NCBI RefSeq assembly: GCF_041886205.1
Contig: NZ_CP169029.1
From: Escherichia coli
Lineage (GTDB): Bacteria > Pseudomonadota > Gammaproteobacteria > Enterobacterales > Enterobacteriaceae
DNA length: 64,000 nucleotides
Strand: one strand, 5' to 3'
The position numbers and the translations under genes were made by a program. Each line of letters begins with the position of its first letter. Positions within the stretch are counted from its first letter, which is position 1. The notes below the pieces were generated by a model that made no database searches, was not told where the DNA came from, and saw only the letters and a list, made by a program, of their open reading frames with translations. Below, in pieces: positions 49,048 through 63,548 of the stretch.

Positions 49048-49130
49048 CCCAGAGGTATTGATAGGTGAAGTCAACTTCGGGTTGAGCACATGAATTACAC
49101 CAGCCTGCGCAGATGCGCAGGTTTTTTTTT
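49048..49130 (+). ncRNA. omrB: OmrB small RNA
   Basis: The conserved 5' end is 'cccagaggtattgataggtgaag'. The 3' terminator 'cctgcgcagatgcgcagg' is followed by a T-run. It sits in the galR-aas spacer. Confidence 0.85.
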
Positions 49131-49244
49131 GCCGGTCATCAATCTGTAACAGTAACCGACAATTTACACACCTCGTTGCATTTCCCTTCATTCCTTTGCG
49201 TTTTCTCGCTGGCGAAGAGTCGTCGTGCAGACCACAATCAAGAT

Positions 49245-49332
49245 CCCAGAGGTATTGATTGGTGAGATTATTCGGTACGCTCTTCGTACCCTGTCTCTTG
49301 CACCAACCTGCGCGGATGCGCAGGTTTTTTTT
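49245..49332 (+). ncRNA. omrA: OmrA small RNA
   Basis: The 5' end is 'cccagaggtattgattggtgagattattcgg'. The terminator 'cctgcgcggatgcgcagg' is followed by T8. Length 88 nt. Confidence 0.88.
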
Positions 49333-49398
49333 CGCACCTAATTTACTGTCGCTCGCGTTCTTTATCTCGTGTAATCTCCCTCCATTCGCTTTTACTGA

Positions 49399-52765
<3,367 letters not shown>

Positions 52766-52769
52766 GCTT

Positions 52770-52800
52770 TCACCAGATGGTATATTCCGCCATCTGGTGA
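52770..52800. terminator. hairpin between convergent lplT and the DUF4139 gene
   Basis: 'tcaccagatgg' pairs with 'ccatctggtga' (11-bp stem, 9-nt loop). Confidence 0.5.
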
Positions 52801-52803
52801 AGG

Positions 52804-54474
52804 TCACATTCCCGAAGGGTGCATACCTTTCGGATACTTTACGCTGTATGAGAATGGCAGACTCACGTTCTCTTTGCCTGACAGTTTCAGCGTCCAGGAC
52901 AGTTCACCTGTTTTCGCATCAAACTGCGCCTGGTCATACTGCATTTTTTCCACCGTAATATCACTATTAGCACTGACAGGGATCTGGTCGAGCAGAGTGA
53001 TATCTACCGCTTCGCCGTAGCTGTTCTTTACATTGAGGGTGTAACTGAAGTTGCGTACCGCGCTGTCGTTAAAGATAGATAACGCATTCTCTTTTTTGAG
53101 TACGGCTTTACGCTGAATAATCAGCTTAGGATCGCGGTTAAGCTGAATATCAAGTGACTTACCATCTTCTGGCGGCTGCAAATAGCCCACACCGGTACGG
53201 TTGTTACCAAAGAAGATCTGACTTTCGCCGGGGATTAAATTTAACTGTTCCCACTCTTTAATTTGCACCTGAAGATATGCGTCATTACTGATCTTCGGAA
53301 TAGCAAAGAAGCGATATTTACCGCTGACCGACTCTTCCTTAATGACCACCGTGCGCGCGGTATTATCGCTGTCGATTTGCCATGGCAGCGAAAGCGCATA
53401 GCGAACATTTTGCGCCGTGAAACTTTCTGGTCGCGCCGAAGCTGGCACTGCCTGTGGGGCATACTTGCGCCCGGCATGTCGCTCCCTTGTTTTTTGCATG
53501 TCTGCCTCCAGGGTTTTCTGCAATTCTGAGGCATCCAGGTTAGACGAATATTCCAAACGCTGTTCCATCACGGGTGATGCTGAAAGCGAGCCGCTTACAC
53601 CACCATACTCCGGAACATCCACATACAGGGTTTCCAGGTGTGGCAACGTGAGATGAGTATCAGGTTCACTGGTCGAGAGCACGAGATTAACGCCTTTCCA
53701 GGGCAACCCCGTATACTGGCGAATATTAGCCTTATAAACCAGACGCAGCGGCTGGTTTATGGCCGTGGCGTGAATATCATAGATCGGCGTCCATGTAGCA
53801 TCTGGGGTCATATAACGCACCACCGCTTTCGCAGTGACGGTTTTTGGGGCATAGACCTTAGCGATAATAACCTGCGGATCATCGGCTGCCATTGAATCGC
53901 CGTTACTCATACTCTCGCGTTGCTCCAGCTTTTCAATTTCAAGCTGCTTATCAGCAAGTTTCTGCGTCAACTCATTGTCGACTTGTAATAACTCACCATT
54001 TTTCTCTTTCACCATTTGCAAATACTTGCCAACTTCGGCGGCACTTTTATTGGTTAATGTGCTATTTGCCTCTAATACCTTAATTTGAGCCGCGATATTG
54101 TTTTTCTCGGCGGTCAGTTTTGCCTGTTCCACTTTTGCTGCTTTTAACTGTTGCTGAATATCTGGCGGCAGCGCATTCGGCTGTGTTTCCATTAGCGCAA
54201 TACGTGAGGAAAGCACCGTCACTCCGTTATCGATAGAAATGGCGATGCTGTCGTCGGTTACCGAATTGGCGATATTTGTGAAAATAATTTCGCTTTCACC
54301 AGCCGGTAAGTTGAGTGTCTCTTCACCTTGCAGGCTGGCACCATGCAGATAAACAGTGACGTCTTTAAGTGTTAGCGGTTGAGTTAACTGCGCCCCCCAG
54401 GCGGAGGACAGACACCCGGTAAGCAACATGGCGAGGGGAAGAGGTTTGAAAATCAACATAGTTATCCTTAACAA
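52804..54474 (-). CDS. DUF4140/DUF4139-family (MuiA-like) putative lipoprotein with central coiled coil, 556 aa
   Basis: Signal/lipobox 'AMLLTGCLSS'. 'VTVYLHGASLQGEETLNLPAGESEIIFTNIANSVTDDSIAIS' fits the DUF4140 pattern. A long heptad-rich segment follows, 'QQQLKAAKVEQAKLTAEKNNIAAQIKVLE'. Confidence 0.7.
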   Translation of the reverse strand: MLRITMLIFKPLPLAMLLTGCLSSAWGAQLTQPLTLKDVTVYLHGASLQGEETLNLPAGESEIIFTNIANSVTDDSIAISIDNGVTVLSSRIALMETQPNALPPDIQQQLKAAKVEQAKLTAEKNNIAAQIKVLEANSTLTNKSAAEVGKYLQMVKEKNGELLQVDNELTQKLADKQLEIEKLEQRESMSNGDSMAADDPQVIIAKVYAPKTVTAKAVVRYMTPDATWTPIYDIHATAINQPLRLVYKANIRQYTGLPWKGVNLVLSTSEPDTHLTLPHLETLYVDVPEYGGVSGSLSASPVMEQRLEYSSNLDASELQKTLEADMQKTRERHAGRKYAPQAVPASARPESFTAQNVRYALSLPWQIDSDNTARTVVIKEESVSGKYRFFAIPKISNDAYLQVQIKEWEQLNLIPGESQIFFGNNRTGVGYLQPPEDGKSLDIQLNRDPKLIIQRKAVLKKENALSIFNDSAVRNFSYTLNVKNSYGEAVDITLLDQIPVSANSDITVEKMQYDQAQFDAKTGELSWTLKLSGKENVSLPFSYSVKYPKGMHPSGM

Positions 54475-54616
54475 TGGGCACAGACATTGAAACGCGCGCT
54501 GGCGTTGACCAAAAGAGTCTATTGCGCTTTGTCAGGAAAGATGCGGCGAAAAGTAGTGAATATATTCTGAAAAGTGGAGAAAAGAGACGCCTGGTGCAAA
54601 ACACCAGGCGAAAGGA

Positions 54617-55657
54617 TCACGGTGCCGGATAAGTATAAACCTGATGTACCGCTTCAATTTCAGCTAATACGTCTTCGCTTAACTCCAGATGCAAACTTTC
54701 GACGTTAGTTTTCAGCTGCTCCATCGTGGTTGCGCCCAGCAGAGTGCTGGCAACAAACGGTTGACGGCGTACAAAAGCGAGCGCCATCTGAGCAGGATCC
54801 AGCCCATGACGTCTGGCAATATCAACATACGCCGCGACGGCTTTTTGCGTTTGCTCACCGCTATAGCGGGTGAACCGACTAAAGAGCGTATTACGTGCGC
54901 CAGCGGGTTTTGCACCATTGAGATATTTCCCGGTCAGCGTACCGAAACCCAGGCACGAATAGGCCAGCAGTTCGACCCCTTCATACTGGCTGACTTCTGC
55001 CAGACCTACTTCAAAACTGCGGTTTAATAGACTGTAGGGGTTCTGAATGGTGACAATACGCGGCAGATCGTGTTTGTCCGCCAGATGCAGGTAGCGCATT
55101 ACGCCAAATGCAGTTTCGTTCGACACGCCGATATAACGAATTTTTCCCGCGCGTTGGTACTCTGCCAGTGCGTCCAGCGTATCCAGCAGCGAAACCGCAG
55201 GCGCAGAATCCGTCCAGCTATAACCGAGTTTGCCGAAGCAGTTGGTTGGGCGCTGCGGCCAGTGCACCTGATAAAGATCGAGGTAATCAGTCTGCAGACG
55301 CTTGAGGCTGTCATGCAGCGCTTCGCGGATATTCTTCCGATCCAGCGCCTGATCCGGGCGGATGCCCTTGTCATTATTGCGCGACGGTCCGCTCACTTTG
55401 GAGGCGATAATTAACTTTTCGCGGCTGCCATGTTTCGCCAGCCAGTTGCCGACGTAGGTTTCGGTTAACCCTTGCGTTTCGGGGCGCGGAGGTACTGGGT
55501 ACATTTCGGCAACGTCGATAAGGTTAATGCCCTGAGCGACGGCATAGTCGAGTTGTGCGTGGGCGTCGGCTTCGCTGTTCTGTTCACCAAACGTCATCGT
55601 GCCAAGCCCCAGCGTGCTGACTTCCAGCGAACTGTGGGGTATACGGTGATATTGCAT
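54617..55657 (-). CDS. tas: NADP(H)-dependent aldo-keto reductase
   Basis: 346 aa, AKR fold ('LGLGTMTFG', 'IDVAEMYP'). Confidence 0.9.
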   Translation of the reverse strand: MQYHRIPHSSLEVSTLGLGTMTFGEQNSEADAHAQLDYAVAQGINLIDVAEMYPVPPRPETQGLTETYVGNWLAKHGSREKLIIASKVSGPSRNNDKGIRPDQALDRKNIREALHDSLKRLQTDYLDLYQVHWPQRPTNCFGKLGYSWTDSAPAVSLLDTLDALAEYQRAGKIRYIGVSNETAFGVMRYLHLADKHDLPRIVTIQNPYSLLNRSFEVGLAEVSQYEGVELLAYSCLGFGTLTGKYLNGAKPAGARNTLFSRFTRYSGEQTQKAVAAYVDIARRHGLDPAQMALAFVRRQPFVASTLLGATTMEQLKTNVESLHLELSEDVLAEIEAVHQVYTYPAP

Positions 55658-55764
55658 AGCCGTTTCCTTTTTATAATCACGACATAAGGAATATAAAAAT
55701 GGCAGAGGGAAGGGAAAAGGGAAAGAGAAAAATCTTAAGGCCAGCCGGATGCTGACCTTATTTG

Positions 55765-55983
55765 TTAACGTTCAATAATTTGCGAAACATCATCACGGTT
55801 AATTTGCATCGCGTTACCTTGCTGATCGTGATAACTCACCAACCCGGTATCATCATCAATTTCAGGTTTTCCATCGGTCAAAATCATACGGCCATCTTTG
55901 GTCGCCATGACGTAATCACTGGAACACCCGGAAACAGCAAACGCCAGTCCGACTGCAGAAATTATTACTGCCCATTTTTTCAT
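55765..55983 (-). CDS. ygdR: small lipoprotein (DUF903)
   Basis: 72 aa with lipobox 'AVSGCSS'. Confidence 0.85.
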
Positions 55984-56120
55984 CCGGTTATCCTCATTTG
56001 GCCCACCTATGATAATAGTCTGTTTATAAACCGACGTTATATATCTTGAAAGCAGGAAAATCTTAAACTGTGAGGGTAACAGGAGTGAGTACGCTCTCCC
56101 GCAGGAGAGCGTACGGAGTA

Positions 56121-56834
56121 TCAGAGCGGATTCTTTTTGTTGCGAATCAGGTTGAGGCTTTCAACCGCAATAGAGAAGAACATCGCGAAGTAGATGTAAC
56201 CTTTCGGTACGTGGATGTCGAAACTTTCCAGAATCAGGGTAAAGCCCACCAGAATCAGGAAAGAGAGCGCCAGCATTTTTACCGAAGGATGGCGTTCGAC
56301 AAAATCACCAATCGAGCGCGCGGCGAACATCATCACGCCTACGGCAATCACCACGGCGGCCATCATAATAAACAGGTGATCTGACAGACCCACAGCGGTA
56401 ATCACCGAGTCGAGGCTGAAGATAATATCCAGCAGCATAATCTGCACGATAGCGCCGAGGAATGATGAAACGCGTGTTTTCAGCCCTTCTTCTTCACCTT
56501 CGATGGATTCGTGGATTTCCTTGCTGGCTTTCCAGATAAGGAACAAGCCACCCAGAAGCAGAATCAAATCACGGGCGGAAATTTCCTGACTGAATATTGT
56601 AAAAAGCGGATTCGTCAGGCGCGTAACCCAGGCGATTGATGCCAGCAGCGCCAGACGCATAACCATGGCTCCCGCCAACCCCAGACGGCGCGCATGAGCA
56701 CGTTGTGCTGTGGGAAGCTTTGCCACCACCAGAGAAAGGAAAATAATATTGTCGATCCCAAGAACGATCTCCAGCAGCGTCAGCGTACCGAGCGCAAGCC
56801 AGGCGTTAGGATCGGTTATCCATGCAAATAACAT
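56121..56834 (-). CDS. ygdQ: TerC-family inner membrane protein
   Basis: 237 aa, polytopic, with '[12 protein letters not shown]' and 'DIIFSLDSV' (TerC repeats). Confidence 0.88.
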
Positions 56835-56902
56835 CTAAAAAGCCCTGCCAAAAAAATGAAGCGGTAATTATATGCCCGGAAAGCGGCAGGTCAAAGCGAT
56901 GG

Positions 56903-57592
56903 CTACTGGATCAGAAAATGACGGGCCAGTAGCGCACTGGTGAAATTCTTTTTCAAATAAAAGCCGCGCGGCAGTGTCAGAATCCGTTCGCCCCGGGCAC
57001 CAATGGCTTCGGTAAGCGCTTTCGCATTCGCTGCTTTCGGTCGTATCTGTAAATACTCCCCGTGACGAGCGGTAATCCGCTCAACCTGACCGAGAACAAT
57101 CATATCCATTAATTCTTCCCAGTCTTCGCGTAGCTGCCGGTCTTCCTCTTCATTCGGGCTCCACAGCAACGGTGATCCAACGCGACGCTGCGCCAGCGGG
57201 ATGCTGCGCTCGCCTTCAACCGGTATCCACAGTACGCGTTTGAGTTTGTGGCGCACGTGGCTGGTTTCCCAGGTCACCCCGCTATTGCCCGTTAACGGGG
57301 CAACACAAACGAATGTTGTTTCCAGCGGACGACCAAGACTATCCACAGGGATAGTTTTAAGTTCCACGCCCAGAGCAGCAAAATCTTGCTCAGGTTTACT
57401 CCCTGCGCTGGCACCTAGCCAGATCTCCAGTAACACGCCAATCCAGCCCTTATCGCGTTTTAAATTCTCTGGCGTAACCAGCCCGGCAAGTGCAGCCAGT
57501 TCTCCCAATGTATAACCAGAAAGTTGCTGTGCTTGCGCTAACAACTGTTCTTCAGTTTCGGGAGGAGAGAGCAGTGGGCGAGGTTGGGACAT
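56903..57592 (-). CDS. mutH: DNA mismatch repair endonuclease MutH
   Basis: 229 aa with the catalytic 'D..ELK' context ('[16 protein letters not shown]'). Confidence 0.92.
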
Positions 57593-57777
57593 GTCATGAT
57601 ACCTTGGTTAAAAAACAAACAGCAATTATGTGCCGAATATTCGCAGTGTAACTTTTTCCACATGCGTTGTTCAATTCTCTGATTTATATTGCTTTTTAGG
57701 TTGCCGGTAATCGAGTTGCGCAACACTGCAACGGGTTTTCCAAATCTGGTCACTGAAAATAAACAGGATCTTACACC

Positions 57778-57924
57778 ATGTTATCCACAGAAAGCTGGGA
57801 TAACTGTGAAAAACCTCCACTACTGTTTCCATTTACAGCCTTGACGTGCGACGAAACTCTAGTTTTTAGTGGTTCAGTGCTTAACTTAGTGGCACATTCT
57901 GTGGATAAATACGGCATTGGTTGA
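57778..57924 (+). CDS. ygdT: 48-aa small ORF
   Basis: 'MLSTESWDNCEKPPLLFPFTALTCDETLVFSGSVLNLVAHSVDKYGIG*' matches the length and position I recall for K-12 ygdT. Its expression is uncertain. Confidence 0.35.
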   Translation: MLSTESWDNCEKPPLLFPFTALTCDETLVFSGSVLNLVAHSVDKYGIG

Positions 57925-58276
57925 TCTTTCGCCAACCCGTAAATGAGAGGTGTGACCTGGGTCACGAATTACTCTTTTTCATTACTCAAATTACATGTAA
58001 TGCATTGACTAATAATGAATATTTTAAAATGTCTATATCGGGCTTATTCAGAATGCTCCGGGTTTTCCCGTAGTAATTCCGTAGTTCTTCACAACTCTAT
58101 CCACAGAAAAGGTGAATAAAAACGGCTATCCACCCCTTCCTCTGTTTATAACTCTGCACATAACTGTGAGTTATTCAATTGTTATTAGTGTGTAATGCCC
58201 TGCAGAGAGTGGTTTACCGTCTTCCTGGAGTATGAAACAATCATTCGTATATAAAGCTTTATATTGAGGTAGTCCG

Positions 58277-58807
58277 GTGATTGATGACGATGGCTACCGC
58301 CCAAACGTAGGTATCGTGATTTGTAATCGCCAGGGGCAGGTAATGTGGGCCCGGCGATTTGGTCAGCACTCCTGGCAATTTCCGCAAGGCGGAATCAACC
58401 CCGGAGAATCCGCAGAGCAGGCGATGTACCGTGAATTGTTTGAAGAAGTAGGATTAAGCCGCAAAGACGTTCGAATCCTTGCTTCAACGCGTAACTGGTT
58501 GCGCTACAAATTACCGAAACGTTTGGTGCGTTGGGACACGAAGCCGGTTTGTATCGGCCAAAAACAAAAATGGTTTCTCTTGCAGCTGGTGAGCGGCGAT
58601 GCAGAAATCAATATGCAAACCAGCAGTACACCAGAGTTTGACGGCTGGCGATGGGTAAGTTACTGGTATCCGGTCAGACAGGTGGTGTCATTTAAACGTG
58701 ATGTCTACCGTAGGGTAATGAAAGAGTTCGCGAGTGTGGTGATGTCACTGCAGGAAAATACGCCAAAACCACAAAACGCATCTGCTTATCGACGTAAAAG
58801 AGGTTAA
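58277..58807 (+). CDS. rppH: RNA pyrophosphohydrolase (Nudix)
   Basis: 176 aa with the Nudix box '[23 protein letters not shown]'. Confidence 0.92.
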
Positions 58808-58819
58808 GTCACGCCAATT

Positions 58820-61066
58820 ATGCTCACTCGCCTGCGCGAAATAGTCGAAAAGGTAGCCAGCGCACCACGCTTGAATGAGGCGTTAAATATTCTGGTTACC
58901 GACATCTGTCTTGCGATGGATACCGAGGTCTGTTCGGTCTACCTGGCCGATCATGATCGACGTTGTTACTACCTGATGGCGACCCGGGGGCTGAAAAAAC
59001 CACGCGGTCGCACTGTAACGCTCGCGTTTGATGAAGGGATCGTCGGCCTGGTTGGCAGGCTGGCGGAACCGATAAACCTCGCAGATGCGCAAAAACACCC
59101 CAGCTTCAAATACATCCCCTCCGTAAAAGAAGAACGTTTCCGCGCGTTTTTAGGCGTACCAATTATTCAACGTCGCCAGTTGCTTGGTGTACTGGTGGTA
59201 CAGCAACGAGAGTTGCGCCAGTATGACGAAAGTGAAGAATCCTTCCTGGTGACGCTTGCCACCCAGATGGCAGCTATTCTTTCTCAGTCGCAGTTGACTG
59301 CCCTGTTTGGGCAATATCGCCAGACGCGAATCCGCGCATTACCGGCAGCACCTGGTGTGGCGATTGCCGAAGGCTGGCAGGATGCCACGTTACCTTTAAT
59401 GGAACAGGTGTATCAGGCATCAACGCTGGATCCGGCTCTGGAACGCGAACGACTGACCGGGGCGCTGGAAGAAGCGGCAAACGAGTTTCGCCGCTACAGC
59501 AAACGCTTTGCCGCCGGAGCACAAAAAGAAACGGCGGCTATTTTCGATCTTTACTCGCACCTGCTTTCGGACACCCGGCTGCGTCGCGAATTGTTTGCCG
59601 AGGTTGATAAAGGCTCGGTGGCAGAGTGGGCGGTAAAAACGGTTATTGAAAAATTTGCCGAACAGTTTGCCGCGCTAAGCGATAACTATCTCAAAGAGCG
59701 GGCTGGCGATTTACGTGCGCTGGGTCAGCGATTGCTGTTTCATCTTGATGACGCTAATCAAGGGCCGAACGCCTGGCCGGAACGTTTCATTCTGGTGGCA
59801 GATGAACTGTCAGCGACAACTCTTGCTGAGCTGCCCCAGGATCGCTTAGTCGGTGTTGTCGTGCGAGATGGCGCAGCCAACTCCCATGCTGCGATCATGG
59901 TACGTGCGCTGGGGATCCCTACCGTGATGGGCGCGGATATTCAGCCTTCGGTGCTGCATCGTCGGACGCTGATCGTTGATGGCTATCGCGGTGAATTGCT
60001 GGTCGATCCGGAGCCGGTACTGCTGCAAGAATATCAGCGGCTAATTAGTGAAGAGATTGAGCTTAGCCGTCTGGCGGAAGATGACGTCAATTTACCCGCG
60101 CAGTTAAAAAGCGGTGAGCGTATAAAAGTCATGCTCAATGCTGGTTTAAGCCCGGAACATGAAGAAAAACTTGGCAGCCGTATTGATGGCATCGGTCTTT
60201 ATCGCACTGAAATCCCATTCATGCTGCAAAGTGGTTTCCCGTCGGAAGAAGAACAGGTGGCGCAGTATCAGGGGATGCTGCAAATGTTCAATGATAAACC
60301 CGTCACCTTGCGTACGCTGGATGTCGGAGCAGATAAGCAGCTGCCTTACATGCCGATTAGCGAAGAGAATCCATGCCTGGGTTGGCGTGGGATTCGCATT
60401 ACGCTCGATCAGCCGGAGATCTTCTTGATCCAGGTGCGGGCGATGCTGCGTGCTAATGCCGCTACGGGCAACCTGAATATTCTGTTGCCGATGGTCACCA
60501 GCCTCGATGAAGTTGACGAAGCACGCCGCCTGATTGAACGTGCCGGACGTGAAGTCGAGGAGATGATCGGTTACGAAATTCCCAAACCACGTATCGGTAT
60601 CATGCTGGAAGTGCCGTCAATGGTATTTATGCTGCCGCATCTGGCAAAGCGGGTCGATTTTATCTCTGTTGGCACCAACGATCTGACTCAGTACATCCTG
60701 GCCGTTGATCGCAACAATACCCGGGTGGCGAACATTTATGACAGTCTTCATCCTGCAATGTTACGAGCTCTGGCAATGATCGCCCGGGAAGCGGAAATAC
60801 ATGGTATCGATCTCCGTTTGTGCGGTGAAATGGCGGGCGATCCCATGTGCGTGGCAATCCTCATTGGGCTTGGATATCGCCATCTGTCTATGAACGGACG
60901 TTCTGTAGCGAGGGTAAAATACCTGCTGCGGCGCATTGATTTTGCCGAAGCAGAAAATCTTGCGCAGCGTAGTCTGGAAGCGCAACTGGCGACCGAAGTT
61001 CGCCATCAGGTTGCAGCCTTTATGGAGCGTCGCGGCATGGGCGGGCTGATTCGCGGAGGCTTATAG
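58820..61066 (+). CDS. ptsP: PTS-Ntr enzyme I (GAF + PEP-utilising domains)
   Basis: 748 aa with an N-terminal GAF domain and the phospho-His region 'GAANSHAAIMVRALGIP'. Confidence 0.92.
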   Translation: MLTRLREIVEKVASAPRLNEALNILVTDICLAMDTEVCSVYLADHDRRCYYLMATRGLKKPRGRTVTLAFDEGIVGLVGRLAEPINLADAQKHPSFKYIPSVKEERFRAFLGVPIIQRRQLLGVLVVQQRELRQYDESEESFLVTLATQMAAILSQSQLTALFGQYRQTRIRALPAAPGVAIAEGWQDATLPLMEQVYQASTLDPALERERLTGALEEAANEFRRYSKRFAAGAQKETAAIFDLYSHLLSDTRLRRELFAEVDKGSVAEWAVKTVIEKFAEQFAALSDNYLKERAGDLRALGQRLLFHLDDANQGPNAWPERFILVADELSATTLAELPQDRLVGVVVRDGAANSHAAIMVRALGIPTVMGADIQPSVLHRRTLIVDGYRGELLVDPEPVLLQEYQRLISEEIELSRLAEDDVNLPAQLKSGERIKVMLNAGLSPEHEEKLGSRIDGIGLYRTEIPFMLQSGFPSEEEQVAQYQGMLQMFNDKPVTLRTLDVGADKQLPYMPISEENPCLGWRGIRITLDQPEIFLIQVRAMLRANAATGNLNILLPMVTSLDEVDEARRLIERAGREVEEMIGYEIPKPRIGIMLEVPSMVFMLPHLAKRVDFISVGTNDLTQYILAVDRNNTRVANIYDSLHPAMLRALAMIAREAEIHGIDLRLCGEMAGDPMCVAILIGLGYRHLSMNGRSVARVKYLLRRIDFAEAENLAQRSLEAQLATEVRHQVAAFMERRGMGGLIRGGL

Positions 61067-61216
61067 CGCGGATCATATACATATCTTTTAACGGTATCCG
61101 GCAACCAGCCAGGTCCCCTTGTGCTATTATTCGCACCTTTGGAGCGCCTGAAACCTGCGGCGCGCATTTCAATCGCTGTTCTCTTTCAGCGAAATAACAA
61201 GAACTTGTGGTGACAG

Positions 61217-62092
61217 ATGACCAGTAGCTATCTGCATTTTCCGGAGTTTGATCCGGTCATTTTCTCAATAGGACCCGTGGCGCTTCACTGGTACGGCCTG
61301 ATGTATCTGGTGGGTTTCATTTTTGCAATGTGGCTGGCAACACGTCGGGCGAATCGTCCGGGCAGCGGCTGGACCAAAAATGAAGTTGAAAACTTACTCT
61401 ATGCGGGTTTCCTCGGCGTCTTCCTCGGGGGACGTATTGGTTATGTTCTGTTCTACAATTTCCCGCAGTTTATGGCCGATCCGCTGTATCTGTTCCGTGT
61501 CTGGGACGGCGGCATGTCCTTCCACGGCGGCCTGATTGGCGTTATCGTGGTGATGATTATCTTCGCCCGCCGTACTAAACGTTCCTTCTTCCAGGTTTCT
61601 GATTTTATCGCACCACTCATTCCGTTTGGTCTTGGTGCCGGGCGTCTGGGCAACTTTATTAACGGTGAATTGTGGGGCCGCGTTGACCCGAACTTCCCGT
61701 TTGCCATGCTGTTCCCAGGCTCCCGTACAGAAGATATTTTGCTGCTGCAAACCAACCCGCAGTGGCAATCCATTTTCGACACTTACGGTGTGCTGCCGCG
61801 CCACCCATCACAGCTTTACGAACTGCTGCTGGAAGGTGTGGTGCTGTTTATTATCCTCAATCTGTATATTCGTAAACCGCGCCCAATGGGAGCTGTCTCA
61901 GGCTTGTTCCTGATTGGCTACGGCGCGTTTCGCATCATTGTTGAGTTTTTCCGCCAGCCCGACGCGCAGTTTACCGGTGCCTGGGTGCAGTACATCAGCA
62001 TGGGGCAAATTCTTTCCATCCCGATGATTGTCGCGGGTGTGATCATGATGGTCTGGGCATATCGTCGCAGCCCACAGCAACACGTTTCCTGA
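61217..62092 (+). CDS. lgt: phosphatidylglycerol-prolipoprotein diacylglyceryl transferase
   Basis: 291 aa with '[11 protein letters not shown]' and '[14 protein letters not shown]'. Confidence 0.92.
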
Positions 62093-62098
62093 GGAACC

Positions 62099-62893
62099 AT
62101 GAAACAGTATTTAGAACTGATGCAAAAAGTGCTCGACGAAGGCACACAGAAAAACGACCGTACCGGAACCGGAACGCTTTCCATTTTTGGTCATCAGATG
62201 CGTTTTAACCTGCAGGATGGATTCCCGCTGGTGACAACTAAACGTTGCCACCTGCGTTCCATCATCCATGAACTGCTGTGGTTTCTGCAGGGCGACACTA
62301 ACATTGCTTATCTACACGAAAACAATGTCACCATCTGGGACGAATGGGCCGATGAAAACGGCGACCTCGGGCCAGTGTATGGTAAACAGTGGCGCGCCTG
62401 GCCAACGCCGGATGGTCGTCATATTGACCAGATCACTACGGTACTGAACCAGCTGAAAAACGACCCGGATTCGCGCCGCATTATTGTTTCAGCGTGGAAC
62501 GTAGGCGAACTGGATAAAATGGCGCTGGCACCGTGCCATGCGTTCTTCCAGTTCTATGTGGCAGACGGCAAACTCTCTTGCCAGCTTTATCAGCGCTCCT
62601 GTGACGTTTTCCTCGGCCTGCCGTTTAACATTGCCAGCTACGCGTTACTGGTGCATATGATGGCGCAGCAGTGTGATCTGGAAGTGGGCGATTTTGTCTG
62701 GACGGGGGGCGACACGCACCTGTACAGCAATCATATGGATCAAACTCATCTGCAATTAAGCCGCGAACCGCGTCCGCTGCCGAAGTTGATTATCAAACGT
62801 AAACCCGAATCCATCTTCGACTACCGTTTCGAAGATTTTGAGATTGAAGGCTACGATCCGCATCCGGGCATTAAAGCGCCGGTGGCTATCTAA
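62099..62893 (+). CDS. thyA: thymidylate synthase
   Basis: 264 aa. '[26 protein letters not shown]' and the active-site '[12 protein letters not shown]'. Confidence 0.95.
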
Positions 62894-62914
62894 TTACGAA
62901 ACATCCTGCCAGAG

Positions 62915-62942
62915 CCGACGCTAGTGTGCGTCGGTTTTTTTT
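62915..62942 (+). terminator. intrinsic terminator after thyA
   Basis: 'ccgacgc tagtgt gcgtcgg' followed by T8. Confidence 0.8.
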
Positions 62943-63077
62943 ACCCTCCATTAAATTCTTCGAGACGCCTTCCCGAAATTTTGCAACGTCCTGCAACGGC
63001 GTAAATAGTCCGGAAGATGCGCCGAAGAAATAGAAACTGGCCCTCGTCTTTTTTTCTCCTCGCTCCATACTGCCGGC

Positions 63078-63548
63078 ATGAAAACACAACGTGGTTATAC
63101 GCTGATTGAAACGCTGGTCGCGATGCTGATTCTGGTCATGCTAAGCGCAAGTGGACTCTATGGCTGGCAATACTGGCAGCAGTCGCAACGGCTTTGGCAA
63201 ACCGCCAGCCAGGCGCGGGACTATTTGCTCTATTTACGTGAAGATGCCAACTGGCATAACCGCGACCACAGTATCAGTGTTATCAGAGAGGGGACGTTAT
63301 GGTGCCTTGTGAGTTCCGTTGCTGGGGCGAATACCTGTCATGGCAGTTCACCATTGGTCTTTGTGCCACGCTGGCCCGAAGTCGAAATGAGCGACCTGAC
63401 ACCTTCGCTTGCTTTCTTTGGCCTGCGCAATACCGCATGGGCCGGGCATATTCGCTTCAAAAACTCAACGGGCGAGTGGTGGCTGGTGGTTTCGCCGTGG
63501 GGAAGACTCCGGCTTTGTCAGCAAGGAGAAACAGAAGGATGCCTGTAA
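63078..63548 (+). CDS. ppdA: prepilin-type N-terminal cleavage/methylation protein
   Basis: 156 aa with the type IV pilin leader '[13 protein letters not shown]'. Confidence 0.88.
   Translation: MKTQRGYTLIETLVAMLILVMLSASGLYGWQYWQQSQRLWQTASQARDYLLYLREDANWHNRDHSISVIREGTLWCLVSSVAGANTCHGSSPLVFVPRWPEVEMSDLTPSLAFFGLRNTAWAGHIRFKNSTGEWWLVVSPWGRLRLCQQGETEGCL

Noticed and set aside
49048-49332. The tandem similar 5' ends in the galR-aas spacer as a novel repeat.
   Set aside because: These are the well-known paralogous sRNAs OmrB and OmrA, which are annotated as features.
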